Source: Dimorphilus gyrociliatus (lineage: Eukaryota > Animalia > Annelida). Taken from it: a DNA stretch of 64,000 nt. Made by a program: the position numbers and the translations under genes. Location of the stretch: the NCBI GenBank assembly GCA_904063045.1, contig CAJFCJ010000007.1:2425404-2489403 (forward strand), written 5' to 3'. Under the pieces are notes generated by a model that was not told the origin of the DNA, ran no database searches, and saw nothing but the letters and a program-made list of their open reading frames with translations. Shown here one piece after another: positions 33,500 to 46,296 of this stretch. Positions within the stretch are counted from its first letter, which is position 1. Every line of letters starts with the position of its first letter.

Positions 33500-34705
33500 A
33501 GATGGACTTTGGTATTTTCTGCGTTTATCGCATTGGCAATTAAGTAAAAGAATTACAGAACTAAACTGAAAATGATTTCTTCAAATAAACTTTTCAAAAT
33601 GAGAATATTAACAATATTATTAATAACATTAAACTTTTTATCGAATATGACAAGTTTAAAGATGAAAAAAGAGCTACTCTAAAAAAGAGTATCTTTTATT
33701 TTGACTAATGACGTTGTAAAGATAATCGTTGCTAAACAGAATATTTGTTTCAGATTAAATATTTGAAATTTGACTTTGATAAAATAATCTGTGACAAGTA
33801 GAAAGTGGTAAAGAGCTATTGATAATAAATTGTCTATGTTGTATGAGTTTTGGGCATATAGCTTATGTTGCAAAGAAGTTGTATTTATATAGTTTATAAG
33901 AGGTAATCGCCTGATAAATTAATAGATATGTAATGACTAATCCTAAAATATTTAAATTAGATTACAAGGTTGTTAAATTTTGACGGATTGTAGTTGCTAT
34001 AGACAGTTTGTTCAGATGAGAACAATCTAAGTAAATGTGAAATAGTATAGCTGCACATTATCTAATTACTGTTTTATGAAAAACAAGTATTTAGAAAGTT
34101 ATATTTAAGTCTGTCGGCTAAAAGTGATGATTCATATATTGAAATACTATCCGATACTTTTCGATTTTGTCACCGGAGCGATAAATTGTGCATATTATAA
34201 TCCGTTTAGGAAAAATAATATCTATTATAACTTTCTCGCTATTTATTTAATAAAAAGAAACCTTTAATTAAATAAATATAGTATTCGTCAGATGAAAAAA
34301 ATCGTAAAACTTGTTTTTATTTTATTCTCTTCGAACGATTCTGTTGTTCAGTTAATAAAGTAATACCAGTAAAACAGTCTACCATTGAAAGGACGAAGGT
34401 AGTAAGATCTTTAAATGAACGTTTTGCGTTTCTCTTAAATGTACAGTTGTTTTCGAATTAGAAATACAATGATATCGAGTGAAAAATACTGATTATAAAG
34501 TCAAGTAATTTAAGATTTGTTCTAAAAGTCAAACTATTGAAAGAGTATTAAAGTAATAAGCAAAATTCATATTTATATATCTTAAAGTGAGAGAATATCT
34601 TTCTGGTAATAGAGTATATTACCAGACCAATGTACTTTTTTCATTGGAATCGTTGATAGACGAAATGAGTAACAATAGAAAATTATGATATGAAAATATA
34701 GTTAA
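33500..34705 (+). pseudogene. Decayed inverted duplicate of the eIF2A gene region (exons plus introns)
   Basis: 34158-34207 matches the reverse complement of 28783-28832 at 45/50 nt; weaker collinear matches at ~33506, ~33909-33941 and ~34672-34703; frameshifted, no ORF. Confidence 0.65.
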
Positions 34706-34845
34706 TTAATTTTTCTTTGTTGAGAAACTTCACAAACAGAAAGGAAGAAGAAGAAGAAAAAAAGACAAACAAAATTAACAGTTTGGGAACAAACGTGTTA
34801 AAATGTTTAATTAATAGATTATAAGTGATAGAATTTGTAAACATT

Positions 34846-34882
<37 letters not shown>

Positions 34883-35032
34883 TTTGTAGTTTTTGATTAT
34901 CATAATACTAATCAATTTATAACTTTGTTATCTTTTAAGAAGGAAAGATGAGATTATTAAGTTTGTGCAGATTTTTAGGTGTACTGTACAATTTGAAAAC
35001 TAGTTGCAAAAGTGTGTTGACAGAAAGCTACA

Positions 35033-38000
35033 TCATGCAAAAGGATATCGATCTCTTAGCCAAGCGGCAACTTGGTCATAATTCTTATCTATCCATTCAA
35101 TTTGCGCTTTTGTTCTTTCTTTAGCATATTCGACAATTCTTACGGCAGCTCCAAGTTTTTCTTTATGAGTTTTGGCGAAATTCTCAAGCTTTAATTTTTT
35201 TTTTGATTTTTTTTTTTTAAAAACAAGAAAAGAAAACCGTAAAATATAAGCTAAATTGACTAGAGTTCGGCCATTACCGAACCTGTTAAATATTTATAGG
35301 CAATAATTCGATAGATTATACCTGTTTATAAGCGACCCTTGTGTTTAGAGCTGCTGTTACAGAGTTTATAAGATTATTCGTTGAAAGTAAAGTCCCTCCG
35401 AGTCTGTTTTGTAATTTTAATCATCAACCGTCATTGATTATTTAAAGATTTCAACAGTTATTTACTAATATAAGTAATTTTAATTGTTTTTTGTTAACTC
35501 TTACTTTTTATTAATATCGTCCCAATTTTGAGTTATAAAATTCCAAGCAAGATCGCCTCCAATAGGATTTTTCGATATATAATGAATAACCATTACTGCA
35601 TCTTGATTCCGTATTAATTCGCTACCAATGGCACCCAGAAGGTATCTAGTGACATTTAGACATTTTACAACACATTTACATTCATTAGGAGTAATAAATA
35701 ATCTCGTTACTTGATTAATATCCATGGTTCTCTACTGCAAGATAGACTATGCATCAACTTTGATTTCATTGTTGGTGAAGTTTCATTCATAAACCGTCCA
35801 AATACTCTTTCCCACGTTGAACCGTTACTGAACTTTATGCCGACGCATAGTGTTACTGATGTCAAATCTGCTTCAATCCTTTAAAAAGTTGATTAATTTA
35901 TTAACCTAATTAAAAGTTATATAATATACTCCAATGCATTTAATTATATTTATTACTTGTAATTATCATCTATAAGCCATTTTTCGAATTCCTCTCTAGC
36001 TTTCTTTATGCAGTCTTGGTGTTCAACTGTGCAGGCAACTTCAACGGCCGTCGATTTCATATATCTTCAATATTTGGTTTTTATATAATTATATAAATAT
36101 ATTATTCTTCTCTTTATTGTGTAAAGCTTTATTTTATTTTATATTTAGTCTTAAATAGAAATTAAAACTTCCTAATTACTTTACAAGATGTTTGTCCGTT
36201 TTGGAGATATTCCATCCGAATTTGTCATAAACGGGAGTAATTAAATTTCTCATGTAGGTCTAAATCGATAAAAGGTATTATTAACTATGTAATAAAGGAG
36301 ATACGCATGGATTTGAATATGTTAAACCTACCAAAAAGTTACCATAGATTGGCATCTTTTTAAGCATACGATCAAAGAAGTTTAAAGCACGGACAGCTGA
36401 TTTCCATGGTAAGTATCCCATATCGCCTAGCTCCCTTTTTAAATATTCAATTGCTGTTAGGCTTAATCTTTGGTCAATTAACCCTGATCTGTCAATAAAG
36501 TAATGTTAAATAGTAATATGCAGAATAATTTTTAATAAACATTTGTATTTTTAAGTAACGGAATACCTTCCCAACCAAAAAGTGTCGTCTATAATTTGAG
36601 CCCTGTTTATTACGTCAAAAACTGTATGATCTTTAATAAGTTGATCAATCAAAGCATTCCAATTGGCCTCATCGTAATTCACCCTATAGAATCCAGATTG
36701 ATTTAAATTACCCAGGTACCATTGAACATTTCTATCTATAGGTATCGTTACTGCAGGAATAGAAAACAATAAATAGGCAATTGATACCAGTAAAGAGCCA
36801 ATTAATAAGATTTATATTTATTATATAAAATATATAGGAATATACTATTTTCGTTATTCATCCAAACTCTTTCTGTCTTGGGTGATGTGTCCAAACGATA
36901 AGTCAAAGGAATATACCAAGAATTTCTATTACCATTAGTAATTAATCAATTAGATATTCAATTACGACATTGTAGAGATACCAACTGTAACTTTTGAACT
37001 TTATTATGTTCAGGATCGTAAAGATGATTTTTCTCGTTTAAAAATCTTATTTGATCACTATACAATTTCGTCTTTGAGCCGAGATAATCTCTCCATAATT
37101 TTACGACCGGGTATCCTGTTTGTCTTACCCAAGAGTTCATTATTTTAGCAACGTCAATATATTTGCCCTCTTCTTTGCAAACATTGGTCAAAGCGTCCCA
37201 TAAATTGTTGTGATTAGCAACGGAATATTGATAAGTTTTTAAATATTTCTATCAATTAAAAGGAGAGACATTTTTTTAAGTAAATCTTTTCGGAAAACAA
37301 AATAAACTAGAATTTATCAGAAATTTACGGTTAATCCTTTGAGAAATAGATCTTCCCCAATGAAATCTTTCATCATCCGAATAACACTTGCCCCCTAATT
37401 GTCATAAATCAGAATTTTGTAGAGGCGAAATTATCATATATACAAACTTTCGCGTATGATATCCTATCGAATATTTCACTAATATCTCGCGGATGAATGA
37501 CATAATGGTAGATTGAATGGGAATTTTTGAAGCCATCGAATCTCATAACATCCTGTAAATCTTCGATTATGAAGAGTCCTTTCTACATGTTTGTTTTGTA
37601 AAACAACACTCATATATTGTATATAAATTATCCTATAGAAAGTAGCTTACCATTCCCCAATCTGGAAATATCTTATCGACTCCAAGGTATTCAACGTAGG
37701 AGGCGAATCCCTCATTCAACCAGAGATCGTCCCACCAAGCGGGCGTTACAAGATTACCAAACCATTGATGCGCCAATTCGTGAGAAACAATTACGGCTAC
37801 CCGTTGTTTATTAGATGTTGCGCTACGTTCGTCTACTAATAATGTAGTCTCTCTGTACGTAACCAATCCCCAATTTTCCATAGCTCCTGCAGAAAAATCT
37901 GGAACGGCTATCATATCTGCGTGAATGAGGAATAAAATCTTTACTAGACATTCAAACACTCAATAATATTTTATCCTATCTAACCTAGTTTGTTAAGGGG

Positions 38001-39918
38001 AAATGGAATTTGGAAATAATCCTCGAAATGCTCCAGAATCTTTCGGCCTGCGTCCAATGAAAAGTCAACTTTGTCTATGGCATCTCGCCTAGCCCATACT
38101 CTTATCTGGCGAATAGTAGAATTATTAAATTTTCGAAGCGAAGCTGTCGTATAATCTTACCTCTACTCCATTTTTGGTTTTCTGGGATTTATTAATAAAA
38201 TCACACACTATGAAAGCTAAAAGATAGGTTGACATCTTGGGTGTTTCTTTAAAGCCAACCTCAATCCAATCGTCATGCCTAATTTATTGTAAAACAATGA
38301 TGAAAATTAAATGTATATTTACAATATGACAATGTTAAAGTAAACCGACAATTTTCTTTCGTAATAGCTCTCTGTGTTGGAAAGAGCGGTATAGCCTTTC
38401 TTTTTAATTAGAGTAATGTTAAACGTCGCCTTTTTGGCAGGCTCATCTTGGCAAGGAAAGGCTCTACGGGCATCGGTTGGCTGGAATTGGGTCGTTGCTA
38501 GGTATCTTGTCATTTGAGTTTTTTTATCAAAATATTTGCTCCTATAGAATCCAGCAAGGCCATCTGTAAGATCCCCTTCGAATTTATGTTCAATACTATA
38601 ATTATTATTTGGATGCATTTCGCTTTTTAATTCAATTCTCCACCATTGACGCTCTACATCATAAACTTGATCTGCAATTTTTATATCTCTACCCTTATCA
38701 TCTTGAACTTTGGTATATGTTTTGTCAATTCTCAAACCAGCGCTATGAATGATAATTTGTTTTGTAGTATTCTCGAAAATTGTAAAGAACATCTTAGAAG
38801 TTCCCTCAAAGAAAAAGTCTTTTGGATTTTCGTTATAAAAGTGCGGTTGCAATTTGATTTTATAGTGATACGGTACAGTTTCATTAGGTAGACGAACATC
38901 GTTAGGACGGTCAAAGATATCCTTTACAGGAGTTTCGATCTTTTCAATATATTCACAACCCTTCGGACCTGAAAATAATACGAAAACATTTCAATGTTTT
39001 CAACATAACCTACTTTCCTTTAAATTTTACTTTCTTTTCTCTTTTTTTGTCTTTATCTTATAAAAATGATAATTGTTTTTTCTTCTTCTTCGTCTCTCCT
39101 GTTTTTTTTTAATAAGCTAATTCCAAACAAGGTTTACAAACACTTTTATACAATAAAATTAGCTTCATTTAACGAGGAACAAATTTAAATAATAATAGAA
39201 AAGGTAAAAAGTAGGTTATATAGTTTCTTTTCGAAATTAAGTAAACATATACAAATTCACAAAGTTGTTATTAACAATTAAAAGTTGAAAGAATAACAAA
39301 CAAATAATCAGGTATTGTTTCTCTTGTAATTTTGTAACAGTTTGTAGTTTAACTAATTAGATATATAATACGTTTATACAATATATATATATATATATAT
39401 ACATTTACTATACAGAAAGTTATGAGATAGTGGAATGGATACGCGCTAATAGTATATAATATATAAAAAAGTAATGGTTTATAATCGAGAGGCGTCTCTT
39501 CCACTTACAAAATACCAATAGGAGGCCTCGCTAAACCTGGCGATAATTATCAAGGGAAATCAGTACGTTGATTTTAGAAAAAAGGGTTTTTTTTCTCGTA
39601 AACAAACCGTATTAAAAAAAAATTCAATTTGAGAGGTGTGAACAAAAGTAACTTACATTTCTTTCTTTCTTTACTAATTACAGAGCACTTCTGCAACATA
39701 TACTCATCGCTGAACAGATCCGATAGTGCCGTGGTTGGCCAATTCACTTGGCAGCCGGATGAAGATGTCGTAAAATGAACTATTATTCCAACACCTACAG
39801 CCAATAGGGCTGCTAATAGAAGAAAAAAGAATGCAGTCAACGTTCGAATCCTTATTCCAGGTTCATTTCGCCTTGTTACAACCGTATCATCAACGTCAGT
39901 GAACTTCATACTCTCCAT
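35033..39918 (-). CDS. ANPEP: Aminopeptidase N-like M1 metallopeptidase, type II membrane
   Basis: N-terminal anchor [19 protein letters not shown]; RLP...YKIKLQP; [16 protein letters not shown]; GAMEN; [13 protein letters not shown]...WLNEGFA (HExxH-18-E); C-terminus [13 protein letters not shown]. Confidence 0.93.
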
Positions 39919-40580
39919 AGTTCCAACTGTTGAATAAAATAAACCGCGGTGCGCCTTCTCTTCACCGAGAACCAGACTATATTCCCATTCGATATTTGAA
40001 ACCAATCGAATTACCGCCTTTCTTTCTCATTATACAATGTCAAACGCCGGATGCCGCTGCCTCATATATGATAATTTACATAAGTTATGAGTAGATAGCC
40101 AACAAATAACTAATTAGCAAAAAATAGTTGCGAAAAGGGAACAAGAAGTAACTTGAAAGTATCCGAACTACGTATTTAAAAAATATTCTTCAATAAACCT
40201 TACATAATTCATTCATTTCTAACATTAAAATAAACGTCCAAGTTTAAAAGAGATTTTTCATTTAGCTCATTCCTTGTTCGATAAATTCTTACAGTAATTA
40301 TGGTTATTAAAAGAACAACTAAACATATAAATAACGTATGAATGTACGATCCGTAATCATCCCAAAAATATAACATATAAAACTCTTTTAGCATTATTTG
40401 CCTTTTTATTTTGTTTTATTTTTTTTTTTAAAGAAAAAATGTGAAGATAATTGATGCAATACTGCAATAGGCCTATACTAATTATTTATTGGACTCCAGG
40501 GAAGAAAATCTAATAGGTTAGATATTATTATTAAATTAATTATGCTTTATTTATTTAAAGATTGTAAAAATAGACAATTT

Positions 40581-43076
40581 TTACTGGATAATTCCTCGAT
40601 TTTTTAGGTCTCTAATATCGTTATCGCTCATATTTAGTTCATTGGTCAAGACCTCATTTGTATGCTCTCCTAAGCACGGTGGAGCTGTACGAAATTTATG
40701 CGCTTTATTGTCGTATCTGACTGGATGTGCAGGTAATTTTATGGAACCAGCTTTAGGATGATTCATTTCTTCTATTAATTCATTATGCAATACCTAAGAA
40801 AAAAATCAGTCGTGCAAGTAATTTCATAATATCGTGATATAATTATGAACAATTACTTACCTGCTGATCATTAAATACTTTTTCCATGTTATTAACGGGC
40901 CCATAAGGGAATGTCGCACCGTCTAAAGCCTTGACCCATTCGTCGTTAGTCTTCTCTTTCATTCTAAATAGAACGGAAAGAAGCGAAAAGGTTTACTTAG
41001 CAATTATTTTAATCAGAGAAGAGAAATTTTGAAATAAAAATGAAACCTATCGGTAATTATCTTAACTAATTCTTCACGATTGGCTACTCTTTTCTCATTC
41101 GTCACAAATCTATCGTCATCCGATAAATAATCCAACCTTAGTCTCTATTGTTTTTATTTCTTTCTTTATCAATTAATTAACTTAAAATTGCAATAACTAT
41201 TATTTACCTGACAAATCTCTTTAAAACTCTTATTATTTCCGCCTCCCATTACAAAGTGTCCATCCTTTGTTTGAAAGGCCTATAGAATTTGAAGAGAATC
41301 CTTATTAATATATATTAATTAAACGAATAGAGGTAACTTATTATTTTTTTTTATGACCTGATAAGGTACTATACTAGGATGAGCTGTTCCGTATCTTTTC
41401 CCCATAAGAGAGTTGTTTAAATAATTGGCTGCTATGTGAATAAGGCAGGCAACCTATTTTAGTCATAAAAAGAAATTCAATCATCAAATTTTGGAAAATG
41501 CTAATTTTTTTAAAAAAAAAAAAAACCAATCAACTTTATTAAAAAATTAAAAAACAACCTGAACAGACAACAAGCTACAATCAATTTGACGCCCCCTACC
41601 AGATTCTTTTCTTTCCAAAAGAGCTGAAATTATAGCTCCGTGAGCAAATAAGCCTGTTGCAATGTCTGTTAAAGGCACGCCAACTTTGCATGGTTCGCCT
41701 TCCTGAAAAGTAGAATTTAAACCATAAAAAAGGATGTAGAATTGTTTATAGGTCGATGACCGAACATTCAACCCTTGTAACATTTCTATTAGCGAAGGAA
41801 AATCTATGTGAATGTAGATTTATTGTTTAATTAATAGTAATACTGGTGAGTGATAGTACAATTATGGCTAATAAAGAATCTAATAACCGGTTGTCCCGTA
41901 ATACTTAAGAGTCCACCAACAGCTGCAGCAATTACGTCATATCCACCACGATCCTTGTATGGTCCAGTCTGACCGTAACCTTTCAAGTAAATATGTTAAA
42001 ACAAGAAATTCTATAATTAAATTTCCTTTTAAAAATATACCAGTAATTGAACAATAGATAAGTTCATTATTAATTGCCTTTAATGATTCGTAGTCGAGGT
42101 TAAATTTACGTAGTTTGCCTGGCAGGAAGTTTTCTATTAGTACGTCGCTTTGTTTGGCAAGCTGTGATTAATTTCATGAAACTTTTAATATAACAAATGA
42201 TTTTTAAAAACTACAAATTATACTATAACTAACTTGACGAACTAATTCGGCTCCTTCTTTCTTACTAAAATCTACTGCAATACTCTTCAAAAAAAAAAAG
42301 AGAGAGAGAAATTAGTAAAACTCCAATTAATTCTTCAATTTTATAAGTTCAAGTTAAATATTCATGAATATTCATTAAAAAAAAGAGAGAGATAGATAGA
42401 TTGATAGATAATGATGGCCTATTTTTTTTGCAATTGTTAACAAATAATTGCACTTGGACACAGTATTTAAATTCTTAATGCATAAAATTCTTTCTTCTAA
42501 TTTAAAACATTATTGGACATCTGTTGATCATTTCTTACATTTTTCATGCGACTTTCAAAGGCAAGCAAAGACAAACCTTTTTGTTACGATTAACGGCCAA
42601 GAAATATAGACTTTCAGACCCTGCTGTAGGTGGAATCCATGTTCTACTGTCATCACCAGCTCCTTTTCAAGAAGAAACTTTCTTACTCTAAATGCTTACA
42701 GTAGTCTTTTACTTATTTAATACCTGTCCTCTCCACTTTAATTACATCAGCTCCCAAATCGGCAAGGACCATTGAGCAAAATGGTCCTGCTACAACTCTA
42801 CAATAAACATTTATCTATGAAAACTTTCTTAATTATTGATTGGTGTGTTTATAACTAAGCATCAAACCGTGACAAGTCAAGGATTTTAACACCACTGAGA
42901 GGTTGAAACTGGTCAGCTGTTAAAATGTTTGTAATCAATAAAAGAGTTGACATTAATATAATATAGAGTTTCTATAAATTGTACTGCGTGCCTTCAATTG
43001 TTGATTGACAACGTCTGAACACGGAAATTCTAACGTTTGACAAACTCTTTACAATATTTCTGATTGGCAGCATCAT
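40581..43076 (-). CDS. SUGCT: Succinyl-CoA:glutarate CoA-transferase (CaiB/BaiF family III), mitochondrial
   Basis: Arg-rich presequence [23 protein letters not shown]; [12 protein letters not shown]|[20 protein letters not shown]; [11 protein letters not shown]; [11 protein letters not shown]; APPCLGEHT. Confidence 0.93.
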
Positions 43077-43397
43077 ATTCAAACGATTCAAATGACCTTC
43101 TACTTTCTAAAATATAAACTGGTAAAGATTATATTTTGTTTTTTTTCCAAGTTGTGAACTAGTCCTACAATTGTCTTACTTGCAAATTGTCAACATTTCT
43201 AATGGAATAATGACGAGACAAATAAAAAATATACAAATATAATTTTATAAATGTATGATAAAAGTAACAAGTTTTCATAATATTGATATTTTAATCTAAT
43301 TACACATAAAGTAATATGGAAAAAAAAAGAACATTCTCAATTTACTCAATAGCAACAAAAATTTAATTATTAATTAATGTATATTACTAATATATAG

Positions 43398-43400
<3 letters not shown>

Positions 43401-43445
<45 letters not shown>
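43401..43445. repeat. (AT)22 microsatellite between divergent SUGCT and downstream gene
   Basis: Perfect AT run; similar runs at ~5049-5075, 5454-5486, 11477-11495, 14219-14241 and 34848-34876. Confidence 0.95.
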
Positions 43446-43449
<4 letters not shown>

Positions 43450-43839
43450 CTAAGCTTATTATTAATAAATTAAAATGTTAACTGAATAAAAGGTTTTCTC
43501 AAAAAAGAAAATATTAAAAATAACATTTTTTCGAATATTCTATTACTTTATTCTATTAGAACATTCTTTTAAACGGAAAAAAGTGTAACTTTAAACAATA
43601 CATACTCTATATAATACATTTGGATTAAATAGTGTAAAAAAAAACGATCTAAAAGATATCTAAATGGTTAAATAGGTTGGCTTGAGGTTTGAATTATGCT
43701 AGAGAAAACGGGGGTAACTTAGTATTGAAATCCCTTATTGAACTAGACCGGCTACGCCTTGCTAATATTAACATACAGAGTATTCTTAGTCTACAATCTT
43801 TGATTTTTAATATTCTGTTATTATTTCTTATACTTAAGA

Positions 43840-46182
43840 ATGGGAAGATTCAGGAAAAATAAAGAAACTAAAGAGGGATTGGCACAGTTTGCTCCTACTT
43901 ATAATGTTCGTCAATTTAATGCCGGTCTGACTGCTTTTGATCCTTTGACAAGGACGAAAGGGATATCTAGTGTTATACGTAAGAGCCTTTCAATAATTAG
44001 TTATACTTACTATTAAAATTCTAAACAATGCTAAACAGATGAACGCAGGAGTCGAAGTAAAAGTAGAAAATCTGCAAAATCAGTCAAAACAACCAGTTCG
44101 AGATCAAGAAGCAAATCGAAATCAGTTAATCCTAATGATTTTGCAAACTCTGGCCTATTTATTGATAAACAATCTAGAGAAATTATGGATCATATATCAA
44201 GGAGTCATAAGAATCCTAAAAATGGAAAAATGTTAATATTTAAAGAAGGTGAAAAGCTAAAAAAGTTAACGAAGGATAACGTTAGACCCAGTCCTGATAC
44301 TTTAACATACGATCAAATGTTGCAAGGTAATATTAATTAAGCAATAATTAAAGTGTATTTAAATAAAGTGTATTAAATACTTTATAACCTCTAACCGTAA
44401 TTATTCCTTATTCGTAGAATTAATAGTTGATGGAGAGATACTAATGCAAGAGCAAGGGATAGAATTTAATAAAGTCGAAACTGAAGGTAGATGCGATGGT
44501 AAAAAAGCGTTCATTAGACCTAATCTTGTAAAGGGGCGGATGTTCTTAACAAATGCGAGACTATTATTTCTCAGTGCTGAACCCATTAAAGGTACTTTTA
44601 TATATTGTAGTTTACAGTTTATAATGTGCATGTTCGCCATAATTTGTACATTCTAAATTATTATAAACTTTAGCGACAACTCTTAATTTGATATCAAACG
44701 GAAAGAGGAAGTCTTTTTATGAAGTTGCTTCCTTCTGTAATGAGGAGCATCATTATCAATATCTTCCATTATCATGTATGAAAAGTATCGAATTACAATC
44801 AAGAGCAGGTGGAAAAGCGGAAGTAGATGTTCAAGGTTTAAAGCCCAAATACGGTGGTCTATTTTCATGTTTTGGTGAATTTTTCGGTGTTAGTATGTTA
44901 AAATTTCTATTGTAATGTTGCTTACTTAAAATTGTGACTTTAAGGCCAAATCTTTTCAAGAAAAGTGGACAAAGAATCTAAATGGCTGTCTAACCGTACA
45001 ATATAATGATAAAGTACTATTAATTGGAGCTGAAATACCTCCATGGAAAACGAAGGCACTTCTTAGAATAAACATAAGCGAAGAAGTTTCCCTCGAAGGC
45101 CTAATTGGTTATATTTCTGTCCTACAGCAAATGGTTCCCACTTTATGTGGCATGAAAAATGGATGGAATTGTACTGAACCACCTAGAATACTTAAGTAGG
45201 CTAAATTACGAATTACTTTTTCATAAAATTCCTTATATAAGCATCTTTTGCAGCATAGTCAGAGAAAAAGCAAATCCAGATGAGGCTGTTAAGCAATACG
45301 AGAGTTCTGATGATCCTTATGTCGTAGAAACTAAAAAGGAATATGAAGAATTACCTCATACTGACGTTTACATTTACCATCCAACTTTACAAATGAGAGA
45401 TTCTCTAATAACCGAAAAAGTTCCCCTTGAGCAAGCGGGTATTGAGTCCTATTTTAAAACAGAACCTCTTCCCAAAACGCCTGAAGAGGTAAATACTTTG
45501 TTTTTTTTAAAAAAAAGTAATCATTTATTTTAAAATTTTTTAGGAAAACGGAATTGTGGGAAATGATAATGATTTTGTGACTAAGGTAAGGTAATTGATT
45601 ATATAATCAATCTATTGAATATATCTTTAAAATTTCTTTAAGGTGCTAATTCATTCTGTTGATAATCCTGATTTGCCTCCCGAGGAGTGGACTGCCATTA
45701 AAGAGCCCTTAACGTCAAGCTCCTCGGAAGAAGAGGTTTTCAACGGAGGAGAAGAGAAAGTTAGTAGCGGAAATGAAAATGAAAGGGAAGAGGAAATAGA
45801 AAATGATATAGAAGAGAAAAAAGAGGAAAGCGAAGTCAATACAAACAAAACTAACGGCTATGTTAATTGTGGATTTATCACCGACGAAAAAGTTGAATAT
45901 GAGTCTATAAGCAGCCTTTCTAGAATAAAATGTGCTTGCCCAAAATGCTTGGAGAATGAGAAAGACGCCCATTGGATCACTGATTCAAACATAAATTCTC
46001 AACTTAACGAAGTAGAGGAAGAAAGCGAAGATGAAGCAAATGCCAAAAAACATAAAGATTATAAAAAGACATTCTGTCCTTGCGATCATTGTCTATCTAA
46101 AATCGTCAACAATAGGCTCCAAATTTCATTGGAAGATGATCAAACTGACATTAATAATGCTCAAACATTACCGATTCGATAA
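43840..46182 (+). CDS. Uncharacterised multi-exon protein: basic RS-rich N-terminus, possible PH/GRAM-like middle, acidic C-terminus
   Basis: ATG 43840; seven phase-consistent GT-AG exons (to ~43979, 44039-44326, 44419-44590, 44673-44889, 44946-45195, 45254-45488, 45544-45584) plus last exon 45643-46182; KGRMFLTNARLLFLS resembles a GRAM/PH strand. Confidence 0.7.
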
Positions 46183-46296
46183 TAACTCTCTCCTCAACAC
46201 TTTAACAATAAAATGTTTTCAAGCTGTATTCGACTCTTCTACAGTCGAGGATGGCACAAAACTAGTAAAATACTATTGAGCATAATTATGTTAACT

